A stretch of 64,000 nucleotides of DNA from Iphione sp. A-MEVVRFRX5 (Eukaryota). The notes below the pieces were generated by a model. The model did no database searches. It was not told the origin of the DNA and saw only the letters and a list, made by a program, of their open reading frames with translations. The position numbers were made by a program, and so were the translations under genes. Location: NCBI GenBank assembly GCA_976226885.1, contig OZ320317.1, forward strand, positions 47,120,001 through 47,184,000, in the 5' to 3' direction. This document shows, piece by piece, positions 52,831-64,000 of the stretch. The first letter of the stretch is position 1. Every line of letters begins with the position of its first letter.

Positions 52831-53629
52831 CTGGTTAAAGATACAGTTGGTGAAAAACATGGTTTCCTATATGTAATGTGAGGTAGATAAAATTGTTTAT
52901 GGGATTTTTTCCTGTCCTGGTTGTCAGCTGCATATAACATGTCAGCCAAATATGGACTGTTAATGGTAGAATGTCCACTGTCATTGCAGTTGGCAGGTTG
53001 TTCTCTTTTTGATAGATTGGGAATATAAAATCACGGAATATATTTAATATATCATAACATCACAAACGGTTTACAGCATTGCATTTTATATACCGGTATA
53101 TGTATTGTACATATATACATGTACAGTCATGACCCGTCAACCAGACAACCTCCGTCCCCCCCCCCCCAGTTCATTGGATGATCGGGTTGTCAAACCAAGC
53201 ACACTCGCACCTCCTGGTTGGGAAATATTGCATAATAGTAAAGTATATATAATATTTATATGTCTCTATGGTTAGGAAGTAGGTGACAGCCTGTATTTTG
53301 CCCGTATGTGAGAGTCGCTCTGCCGTCCGGTTAAACATCTTTTTTTCTATGATGAATTACATGTACCTTATAATTCACCAAAATACACTCCAGATACGGA
53401 TAACAGTACAAAAATTAACTGAAATATATTCGTTCCCTGCAGTTTAATCCCGGTTTGCCCATTTTTCCATTTGTAGAATCTCCGGTTAAAGGGTCACAAC
53501 CGTGTATAATTTATATGGTAGGTCCATATAAAAACCTTGAGTTGATATATAACCAGCCACAGGTGTGCATGTAGGCACTGACACGTCCATTATCTCTGTG
53601 CAAGTCCCATCATTTGCCCCGCCCCTGTC

Positions 53630-54450
53630 TATCTGCACACGATGTCTATCTTCATGCCTGTTTGTCTCCTTAATGGACTAAAGCCCGGTTTCCATATATA
53701 TGCGTAGCCATCCGGGTGCGTGGCTGTGCGTGACAGTGCATATTTTATGAACAAAGGCTTAACAACACAGGGTGTTCCATATGTGCGTGGCCATGCATGT
53801 GCATGCCCATGCTTATACCATGCATGGATGATTATCTGTACATGCCCAATAATTCCATGCACATACACATACACGCATGGTCCTGCATGGTGATTTCTTC
53901 ATATTTTTCACATTTCTTCACTTTTACACACTTTTAGACAGTATCGAGCACAGTACCACATATTTCCACAGTTTTGTCTTTTCTGGTCAATTTCTGCACA
54001 TTTTTGCCATTTTCGGCCTATTTTCCATGAAATTAGCATTTTTTGGCTGGTTTGCCATGTAACTTGCCATTTTTCAGCTGATTATCCATGAATTTTGCTG
54101 TTTTTCTGCCCATTTTCCATGAAATGTGCATTATTTCCACCATTTTTGCCATTTTTTCGTATTTTTTCCCTTGATTCACACACTGTCACACACTCTGCTC
54201 TACACACATCAAAGGACACCCCTATGCATGGCCATCTGGAAAAATATTTCCGCATGGACACTGACTGGACGCTCACATGCATGGACACGCATGTTTCCAT
54301 GTGTATGGAAACCGGGCCTAGGCAGTCTGTCTACGTGTGCATATTTTATGCACCGTATGGGTGTGAAATACATGTCGATGGCATGGGTACTGGTATTTTC
54401 ACACCCAGATCCATGTGCGCGGTGTGTGATTGGTACATAACGTACCAAAT
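53630..54450. mobile_element. Putative non-autonomous foldback/HINE-like element: CATG-rich arms, T-rich degenerate tandem core, terminal stem-loop
   Basis: Perfect 14-bp inverted repeat GCCCGGTTTCCATA (53683-53696) / TATGGAAACCGGGC (54304-54317). 14-bp direct repeat GTGCATATTTTATG at 53736 and 54337. Hairpins at 54337-54353, 54359-54406 and 54430-54448. Confidence 0.45.
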
Positions 54451-57400
54451 TAGTTCTTAACCCTCCTCCTACAGGTCATTTCTCTACTGTATTCCTTATG
54501 GGTTCATGGGAAGGCATTTTCTGTGACGTGTGTATTTTTTAGATCCAAAACCAAGGTTTTGCGTTTTTTTCATACACATGGGAAGACTGCCTGTATGTCC
54601 CTGTGTCAGTCTGTCCATCTGTCCCCATATGTGCGTATGTGCGTATGTGTGCGCGATAACTGACGATCTCAATGCCGGTTAGTTTGTTTCTGGTTCATCG
54701 TTCTCTGTCTCTTTATTGATTACCATGCGTCTTTTCTTTTTGTCTGTGGTTTTGTTTGTGATTCGTTTTAAAACATTTCGCTGCCTAATTAAATACCCGT
54801 GTTTTTTTTCTATGTGGGTGTTAGTGTGTGAGGGTATATTTGCGCCCCGCACGTCCTCACAAGTGCAGGTTACAAGTGGGCTGTCTGGTTATATAAACAC
54901 TTGAATGGCGATACGGGATTCTCGTACCAAGTCTACTGTTCGCTTTTGCATCCGCTTTTCACACCCGACACCGCCACCATCTGTTTTCATCGAAGCAGCG
55001 GTCATTGTTGCAGTGCATGTGCGTGAGCGTATGAGGTATAGGTGATTGACAGCTCGAGGTCAGAGCCAGTCAGCTGTGTGTAGGTGTGCGTTTGCGGGTT
55101 TGCATTATTATTGATTAGTTTAGCGGTTGACGGATGGTGTCGCCCCAGTCGCCGCACCTCCAGTCGCCGGGCGTTCGTCTGTTCAACCGCTCTATCCTGT
55201 AAGAGAGAGTAGGAGTAACAGACGGTAGAGGAACTCACCCTCTCGTCCGGCCACAGAGTAGCTCCGTATACATATCATCGCCCCAGACCTGCTCGACACC
55301 GTAGTTCCTCGAGTGCACCCCTAACATAGCTTTCGCGTTCAGATATTGGATTAATTTATTAGACCTTGAAGCCGTCGCCCCCTCCACCGACACAGTGGGG
55401 ACTGTACGCCTTGTCTGACACGATCTGCTCCTGCAGCCAGTCGCCGGTGAGTTACTCCTCTGGTTTGTTGTCGTGTTGTGTTCATGTAGTCAGTGGATAT
55501 CCATGTCTACCCGACCGCAACAGCTCATGTAGAGTGAGATACAGTGGTCCTATATCAACAAGGGGATGCCAAGTGGTGCGTGCACGTACGGTGGATGTGG
55601 GAAGGAGAACTAGTTGAAGACACGCTGTTTCTGCCTGCGATTGACTGAGCCGTTATGACCGCTCAGGTAAGGGTTACGATGATTGACAGTCGTTTAAGAA
55701 AACAGTGCTCAGTATCTTGGGGGCGTTATATACATGTCTATAACGAACTCTGTACGACCAGATTATAATCAGGCGCACTGTTTGTGAGATCTCATCTTTT
55801 AGGGAGAAAAAATATGAATTTGTCAGCAGAACTTGGAATCGCCCTGCATATGTTAGAACCCCACTTGGTCGTAGTACTGGGAATCAACCATATAACTCAT
55901 TATCACTCGATGTTCACATCTACCAAGGGCCCACTTTGGATGACCGTTATCAATTACTAGCATGAGATCAAGGTTAGCCCCTATTTCATGTGCGCATACA
56001 GTGACGGATGGAATGATGCTGGCTGCCACTGACCGCATTGATCAACTGATATATTGGCCTAGAGGCACCCTTATCATCGCCACAGCCCTTATATGAACCT
56101 CCATCACAGAAATAACAGAAAACTGACATCCCAAAGTTGATCCAGTAGCATGTGTGCAAATACAACAGCCAGTGATAACAGATGTGCATGGCGTTTCACC
56201 GTCACTGTCCCGGCAGGCGGCGGCGGCCAATTTTATGTCATGCCCTTATATAACAACATATCCTGAGGGTCTGATGTCCACAAGCCGACAATATTTTACC
56301 AGTAATTGGGGGTGGGGGGGGGGGACTGTGCCCGTGGGATTGTCCCAAATGGCAACTTATACGTCCGCCTCGCGGCAGATTGAAAAATGCTAATTGCAGC
56401 CCTTGACCAGTGAGAAGGGGTGGCTGGGATCTATTATGTATGAGGAGTGATGGCCCAGTACACCAAGTGTGGTATTAATGTCGCATCATGAGCGGTTCTG
56501 TAAAGGGAGCATCCATGAACCCTGCTTGGCTGAAAGCGGACCAGTAAAAATAAAACTCAATTTAACTCCGAATGTAGCTCTTTTCATATCTAAATGCTCA
56601 CGTTTGGATAGCATATAGAGATAGGCTTAAGCTAAGTCGTAGAATCATTAGAACAGTGTATACATATATTACACTGATAATTGGCAGTTGACTGAGATTG
56701 AGCGCTATTTTGACGGGTTCACAACGCGGTGGAAGATCTTACTGTGAAATATATACGCTCTGCATCGTAATACGTTTATTGCTTGCATGAAAGACAAATG
56801 TTGGCACCGATTTTCACTCGCATTAAGGTTTTCACACCACAGAGAGAATCAACTGGACTCTCATACGTCGTTTTTGGTTCAGCTTCCACTGAAAATAGAG
56901 GATGCACCGAAAATGTTGTAGGCACTTGTACAAAATTATATAGTTCATTCTACAGGAACTAAACCCTTTTCAAATTTTACAGCTAAGGCTTGTCTAAAAT
57001 CTGTGACTAAAAGATCTGTTGTGTAAAAAAAAATCGTGTCCAATTCCATATCTGAGGTGGACATATTTTACAGTCCGAGCAGTGCTCCTCATTAAATTTG
57101 AAAAAAGGTCTGAATTTCCTGCTAGGAATTTGAATTCAGTCCTGGCAAAATACAGTTCAGAGACCAATATGACAATTATAACTAGGATCCTCTTAATTCT
57201 AGTACATATTCTTTCTTCAACACCATACCCCCGAGGTGAAGCCAGGATGTATGGTTTAATATTACAAGGATAGGCTGATTTCCAGGAAATTTGTTGACTT
57301 CCAGAACGCTGGCCAGCGTTGTTTAAGCCTCTCGAGGTGAAATCACAGCTTCACACGTCGTTAGGCGTACATATCCAAGTACTATGCTGCTATGCTGTAC

Positions 57401-57493
57401 CGAGCTGATGCCTGCCCTCGGCTCGCCTCCTCTCCTATCTTAATAGGTGCATACCTTCTCCCATCCTCACTCGCCTCCCTTCCTGCCTGGCTT

Positions 57494-57626
57494 CAAAACA
57501 TGGCGCTCAACGGAAGCTCTCAACCGGAAGTGCCCCGGCCTCTGGGCGGGGCGCCACCTGGCGCGGTATTCGACGTACGTGACGTCACCCAGCTTTTGGA
57601 CGCTCCTCGAGGCTGTGGACCGGAAG
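57494..57626 (+). promoter_or_regulatory. CpG-rich promoter-like motif cluster, or a first coding exon
   Basis: CAAAACATGGCG at 57494-57505 (YY1-like and Kozak-like), ETS-type CGGAAG at 57511, 57523-57532 (ACCGGAAGTG) and 57619, GC-box GGGCGGGGC at 57544, CRE TGACGTCA at 57580. Confidence 0.4.
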
Positions 57627-59049
57627 AGGGGGCCAGGGACCTGGTGCCCTGATAGACAGGTCCTTCTGGCTGGGTGGGCGTGCCACTGATATGATTATGA
57701 GCAGCCCCATGTTGCGGTTGTTTTATCTGACCAGGCACAGCGTTTTAAAGGGGGTTTCTGAAATTGCTCACTTATTAACGAAGCGTCATCTCATTTCAGC
57801 CTCATAGTATTAGGGCCGTAATCGCCGACATTCACTCATAGCTGCTCAATATTCAAATCTCGCGATAAATGATTTCATTCCTGCAGCCAGTCTGCAAGTA
57901 ACAGTAAAACCAGCGTTCATTGAGAGCCTTTCGTTGGGGGGTCTGAGTGGTACAAATGTGCGGTTATTGATGGACTTCATTAGCAGTCCGGCCGGGAAGA
58001 AAGAGAAAAAAACAACTGAAATGAATTAGAAATTTGTATTTCTCATGTCGGCGGCTTTCCTTTTTAGGGGCTCATCGTCAGCTGGTGATGTGATAGTAGG
58101 ATTACCGTTTCCCTCTATAAATGCCTGTCATTTAGATATCGACGAACCAATATTTCAGTCGGAAAACCATGAGAGCCATCATATTGGGCCCTGAGTTTTT
58201 CTCATCAACCGGACGGCCGGTTCGCTCTGTGGTGTCTGAGTCCAAATGCGACCCCACCGTGAAGTGTACACGTACTTGTTTATTTCAAAGCCCATAATAC
58301 GAGCCCCATCGACGTAATCCGTCAATAAGAGCCACAGGGCTGTGTGGTCCAGATCGCTTTCAAGGGACAGATGGATACAAGCTCACTTACAACGCGGCCT
58401 TCAGACCAGCCCATTCAGCAGGCGGCAGTAGTAACCGTGCTCAGATCAATAGTCTACGATAACCAATCATCGACTGTCTTAATCAGGCGTGACAGGGGTC
58501 CCGGGGGCTGCAGGGCGAGGGGGATGCCCCGCTCAAGACGGCGACCGCCAATCAATAGACTGAGAGCGCTCATCGCTATCCACTCAGATTCGCGCACTTC
58601 AAAGTGCCATCAGACTTGGGAGTTCCTGCAGCTGTAATATAGTGCCAGCGTTGCGTGACGGGAGAACTGGGTTAGTTAAACACGGCGTGTGTGTATGTAG
58701 TATGTGTGAGCGTTTCACGTCGCACGAGGATACGCCATAATGAATAACCTTCCAAGGGGAGTTATCAGTGATTTGCAGCCGTCGTTGAACCATGTGCTCC
58801 AGGTCACTCGTTCCGAACGATCAGTGCTGACTAAAAGCATTCATTGCACTTTCTTTGCATATTCCAGTCTGGGATATAATCGAGGGGCTATAGCCATCTG
58901 TACAGAATTTCAACTAGGTTTTATCCTTATCACTGGTACTTAATTGAAGGAACGTACATGTACGTGTATGTCACTCTTAGAACCTTGGGGGAGTATTAAC
59001 TTCATGAGAGCCATTTTAACGAGGCGTTTTTGGTCATTTGGATAGGTAG

Positions 59050-59114
59050 CACCAGCTGGGAATTGAACCCGATACCTTTGACATGACGGGCGGACACCTA
59101 TCTGAGCTATCGGG
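59050..59114 (-). pseudogene. Degenerate tRNA-like sequence (possible tRNA-Asp-derived pseudogene or SINE head)
   Basis: Minus strand reads CCCGATAGCTCAGATAGGTGTCCGCCCGTCATGTCAAAGGTATCGGGTTCAATTCCCAGCTGGTG: partial A-box TAGCTCAG, B-box GGTTCAATTCC with GGG/CCC stem, and GTC in the anticodon-like position. Confidence 0.4.
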
Positions 59115-60280
59115 AAAATCCATCAATCTGAGCACTAGAGGTTGGCCTTTTATGTCTCCATTAACTTACCAATACAACAAAGAGAATGGGGCCTTTCGAG
59201 TAGCGTCTGTTTTTAACAAGCCGTTAGAGAAACAGCATCACCAACACATACCTCTGATGGGCCACCGTAGGTGGAGCAGGTGGTATGTTGGCGAGTTCCC
59301 CAGCTGTCAGCTTCCAGCATGGTTCTGGCCGCTTCTCGATGTGACACGTTTCGTCCGCCATGACCGTGACCGAGCTCCATGCCCCCTCCCTGCACTCATC
59401 AGGTTAATTACGACCTCATTAATATTATTGACACACTTTAGGACGATTTTAACAATGCCCTGGTAGTCATCGACCGACGGCGCTCCGGGCCGGCGGGCGG
59501 GTGACAGATGTTGGCGGGACAGGGTCCCCGCGGGCCCGACAGGCCCCTGACACCCCGCCTCAGCCTCGGCCAAACTCCAGCCACCACCATCACCACCAGG
59601 AATCGCAGAAATCCATACTCACCGTTGCGTAAGGACGCGATCTGCCATGGCGTTATAGAAGGTAGAAGGATGTGGTGGTAAAGGGGTGCTCCGTGCTGTG
59701 ACGGATATTCAAACTTTTCGACCGCGCTGACCATCCTAGTATTTGTTTCATTTTGGCCTCAGTGCAGTACTCGGCAATATTTACGTCTATACAATGGAAT
59801 CTCATACGGATAGCAAATGAACTGACTGAAAACTGTCCATAAAGAGTGATGCTCGGCAAAGTAGGAGTACTTGGACAAGGACTTACGGGCTTCATTGTCT
59901 TGTGACTGTCATTTTAAATGTAATATGTCCTGACTACCAAGTGTCCGGATTAAGGGATTCTGCTTTACCAGACTATACACGTACAAAGGGTTTCTACTTT
60001 ACCTATGTAGACACGTACAATTTATCATAGGCTTGTGCCTACAGCTTAAACCCTATAAGAAATTTACACTTGCTTGAATGAGATGGCGATATGTTGGCAT
60101 CTCTTAATATATCCGTCTATCTGTTGAAGGGTCCATCCATATCTCCTTTCTATTCTTTTGTAAAACCGACGGACATTTTCCAGCCAGTGTCTTCCAATCT
60201 GTCTGTTGGTAGGCCTGTATTCCCCGCCCCCTCCAATGTCGCCTCTTAAACAAACACACATACATGTATTCTACATTCCA

Positions 60281-60282
<2 letters not shown>

Positions 60283-60368
<86 letters not shown>
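60283..60368. repeat. (TC)43 microsatellite
   Basis: Perfect TC run of 86 nt. It explains the LSLSLS ORFs at 60206 and 60264. Confidence 0.98.
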
Positions 60369-60371
<3 letters not shown>

Positions 60372-60723
60372 CCCCTCCTTATCTCTCACTCATACTGTTT
60401 TATACCTCGCCCCTCCCCCGATCTCCTTGTAAACAGATGCAGAGGTTCTCTCCTGTATGCATTCCTCTTGACTTCCTTCAAGTCACCAGCTATCTCATGC
60501 ATACATGTCAAGCGATCGTCTCCACCGACTGGACACGCCAGTCTACCCCCGGTAATAAATGCATGCTTGTAGTGGTATACACCGGCGCATCGCCTGGGGC
60601 GCAGGTAGCACTGCCGCATGACAGGTTGGTATGAATCATACATTGGTGGCGCAGGAAGGCAGTGGGAAGCGGGGCCCGATTAGTCATAGTGGGCTGCTTC
60701 CGTACATCCACCCCGTATTTCAG

Positions 60724-60732
60724 CTACAGAAA
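60724..60732 (+). CDS. Candidate 9-nt symmetric micro-exon CTACAGAAA
   Basis: Acceptor catccaccccgtatttcag, donor GTGAGA. Weak evidence on its own. Confidence 0.2.
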
Positions 60733-62220
60733 GTGAGACGGAAAAGATAGCTTAATACGGCCCAGATGCTCCGTGATACAAACTGCCACCACCATGAAAA
60801 CAGAATACTCGCTAATTAGAAAAATAAACCTGCACATGCACACGGCTTGAAGTGTTTATGATCAGAGACGACTTGTAATCGGGTAGAACTATTTCTAGAC
60901 CAAGGGCCTTACACGCAGCCTCATCAGGTCGTACTCCTACCCCCACTTTATTTAGGGCGGCGTGTTTCTTGCTTAATTGGAGGGATATCCGTGCTGCCGG
61001 CGATATGCCACTGAGGTATATCAGTAGCATGGGAGGCATATGAACGGTTCATAAGAACGTGAGCGGCGGAGTTGTTAACCCTGTATACCCGCATCGTCAG
61101 CACTGGGCCCACTCATTAGGGACTGTACGAAGCCCCGCTCTCCCTCTCTTATTGCCACACCCGGGGCACATCCATGCCGGCCATTGTCCCCCTTCCAGAG
61201 GTATAGTTCGGGTTGGGCGGGTAATGCATTACATGCTGACGAGGGGCCTATTGTCCCGATACATAACAGACTCCCCACCACCTTTCCAAGCATCAGCGTC
61301 TCACTAGATGGAGTGTTTATTGATTGCTGCGCATTTGTAAGCCCACGTGAAGTGACGTCATGGAGATGATGTCTTAAATGGCGAGGCACGTACGCGCAGT
61401 CTGTGAAAAGGAAATTCTGGGCAAACTAATACGTCTGTGTATGTATATCAACGTATATATATACGGTATATATATTTGTATGTACACATGCATATGAGCA
61501 TGTATAGCGGATTGAATGCTTTCCCTTCCCTAAACCATAAGGACAGGTAGTAAATTTTACCTGATTTTCGTGCACGTTATCCGTTTCCTCAGCGGAAAAC
61601 ATTACAGTCAGAAGTTGATACAGGGATGGCGACATTGAAAGGGGTATCTTTCTTAGTGCGCATATAAAAATAGTTTCTTAGAAAAAAAAGTGCAATGTCA
61701 AGTATATTTTGTATGTGTAGCCCCCTTTGTGCATGAAGCTCGTCTAAGAAAACATGGCTGTTTATTAATGGCGGTTCCTATCCCCCCGAGATCACGTTAG
61801 ATATACTAGCATGACTGATAAGAAAGTGTACTGCTTAAATCAGCACGGATCCTTTAATTTTGCATCGTCCGGCTGTATGTGATCTGCGAAAATCGATCTG
61901 AAGGCACTGACAAACCGACGAATGCATTAGGGTATATGCAGTACACCGTGTGATGGTTTCAGTGCCCCCGTACCATGTACTTAATGTGCAAAACAGCTGA
62001 TCATAATTCAGACAGTATTTGGCGATTTCCATATGTAATTGATGCAAGGAGTGTAAAATTAATTATGACAATATGAGAGGGCTGGAGACATTTCAGTATT
62101 ACACCAGGGAGAAAAATCTATTTGTGAGTTCAACCGTGTGTCAACGTATTTGAGGCTGTTTATCTCCTTAATGATGAATAGTGATTTAGATTTCTGCCTG
62201 ATGGGGTTGAAACGAGCAAG

Positions 62221-62283
62221 TATTCTTCCATTATGATAAACCTGTATCTATTTTTGTCCCTGTTTCATCTTCGATAGGTAATG
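62221..62283 (+). promoter_or_regulatory. Candidate recursive splice site
   Basis: About 55 nt AG-free pyrimidine-rich tract ending tttttgtccctgtttcatcttcgaTAG|GTAATG (TAG at 62275-62277). Confidence 0.45.
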
Positions 62284-63950
62284 TTTTTTTTTCACAAAGT
62301 GGCCCAGATGGAATTCCAGTTCCCCTGAGGAGCGGAAACGGTCGAAGGTCATTGAGCGTCAATCGGTAGAGCCAATCGATTGCTTTCACCTTTCTCCCTG
62401 ATTCCCTACTCTCTGTTTTCACCTCACCCATCTCTCGTTGCCCATTCTCCCTTTGAGCCCGTACCACCCTGTTCGTTTTGTCTCCCTGGTCTCCCACTCC
62501 TTCCAATCTCTGCATCTCCATTCACTTGTGCCTACTTCCCCTTTGCATCCATTCTCAGCCTCTTCCTATTCTTCTCATATACCGTGTACATGTACATGTA
62601 TACATTTATATAGTTACATTCTAAGTCTTGTTGCCATGACAGCCAAATATATGAAATAATGTTTTCAAAATAACATGCACCACAAGGGTTTTCACATGAT
62701 ATATAATATTACAAAGCATATCCTGTATTAAACCTTGCAGCTAAAGATGATATGTCAAACTACAGTCACCTATTCCCCAAACCTCCATTTTACCGGTCTG
62801 GAAAGAGTGGACAACCGAATATTTTGCTTGAGTGTATAACGTATCATACCCGTCCTTCAAGTCTGTTCCAGCCTCGTCCCTCCACGGTTCTCCCCGAATA
62901 TCTGCTGTTTTTTCCCCTAGCCTGGCCCCCGCCGCCGGAGGACCTGTCGCATGGTAGCTCTTGTCGCGAAGTCTTTTTGTTCCCTCCCCATCCACCCACA
63001 GTGCCACCCTCCCCCCCCACCCTGCGAGGCCCTCCTTGAGCAGCTCTCGTTCTGTGGCTTGTTGGTTCACACAGCCAGGTGTGCGAGTATCGGCCACACG
63101 CCACGAATGCACGCGCACGCCAGCAACTGCTTAATCAGTGGAGGCCACTCGAGCCACACGTCGTTGACACTTCCCTAAACAAGCCGAGTGGTTAGGACGG
63201 CGCGGCCCGAGGCTCTGTGATCGATGGAGCGCCCTCTGATGGGTACTGCATACGTTGCAGGGTACGCCTCCGTATCCGACTCCGGAATGAGCACGCTCGT
63301 CCAATATATAACCAGCTCAGGAGGAAATACCCAGCATCGATGATTCCCATCCAGAATCAAGGCAACACGTTGTAAAAAAACTAGAGAAAGATTTCCGTAG
63401 GGACTAGAACATGATGATGTAGACACATTGGATTATCATAACTTTAATGGATAAATGAACATTTGCTCTTTATCTACCGGTACAGGCAGGTAGTCCGTTT
63501 CATTTGTTTTGTGTGTGTGTATTTTTTTTCCAGAAAGATACTCATGTTGCATCCTTGTAACGTGATCTTTGGCGGCTGATGGTTATAACAGGGTAAAAAA
63601 CGGTGTCCTTTTCAGTTCCGTTTATGAAAGATGATTTCCCTCACTGACATATCCTGTCGGAAGAGACCATCCCAAAGGCATGTGATGACCACTGGGACCG
63701 CACTCTTCCACGTGACGCCCTATTAGAGTGTCGATGATCTCCCTAACAATAGACGTAACTAGTCTGAAACAAAGGCAGATCTAGTCTCAGCAATCATATG
63801 ATGCTTAATGAATGTTGCTGCCGCCCCTGCCCTCATATCTCTCATCTGTCAGTACGGCTTTCCTCATCTTTACTCATATTTCTTCGTGCTTACAAGTCAC
63901 TAGTATTTCTATATCCCGCTCTTTCTTTGACTACCTACATACACGTGTTT

Positions 63951-64000
63951 GTGTCTGTCTGTCTGGCTGGCTGGCTCTCTCTCTCTCTCTTTCTCTGTCT
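63951..64000. repeat. Compound (TCTG)/(CTGG)/(CT)n microsatellite
   Basis: Read directly at the window end. Confidence 0.85.

Noticed and set aside
1190-61570. Minus-strand AG|GT look-alikes (near 1200, 8190, 8265, 21240, 26385, 28990, 45600, 50825, 60000, 61560)
   Set aside because: They lack long AG-free pyrimidine tracts; used only as the informal negative control for the + strand sites.
63175-63426. ParB/Srx-like motif LILDGNHR in a minus-strand ORF
   Set aside because: A single short motif without the flanking ParB pattern; expected by chance among this many ORFs.
1-64000. The roughly 230 six-frame ORFs as stand-alone genes
   Set aside because: All are 60-196 aa, overlap on both strands at chance-like density, and show no recognisable domain; many translate microsatellites or N gaps.

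Overview
Eukaryotic genomic DNA from a draft assembly (three N gaps), GC roughly mid-40s % by eye. It is almost entirely non-coding: no long ORF (max 196 aa), no recognisable protein family, no rRNA, CRISPR or prokaryotic operon structure. It is rich in microsatellites, G/C homopolymer runs and the palindrome TACATGTA (about 28 copies counted by eye). That pattern suggests a large-genome invertebrate such as an amphioxus- or mollusc-like animal, but this is inference and the taxon cannot be fixed from the sequence. The main structure I can support is strand-biased splice-signal architecture on the + strand. (i) Several 3' splice sites are directly abutted by a 5' splice site (YAG|GTAA), the four best at 4533, 26581, 45113 and 62277, spaced 17-22 kb. 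Two of them carry a second donor 28 and 33 nt downstream, as in recursive-splicing 'ratchet point + RS-exon' units. (ii) A set of small exon candidates (9-36 nt, plus 114 and 276 nt) are mostly multiples of 3 and open in phase 1, with a dense cluster at 26.9-30.3 kb. The window may therefore lie inside one very long, recursively spliced, micro-exon-rich gene of unknown identity; this is a hypothesis and needs RNA data. Also present: a 240-bp near-perfect tandem duplication, a tRNA-derived SINE-like element, a degenerate tRNA-like element on the - strand, two related palindrome-rich non-autonomous-element-like regions (5.0-6.26 kb and 53.6-54.45 kb), several hairpins, and a promoter-like ETS/Sp1/CRE cluster at 57.5 kb.
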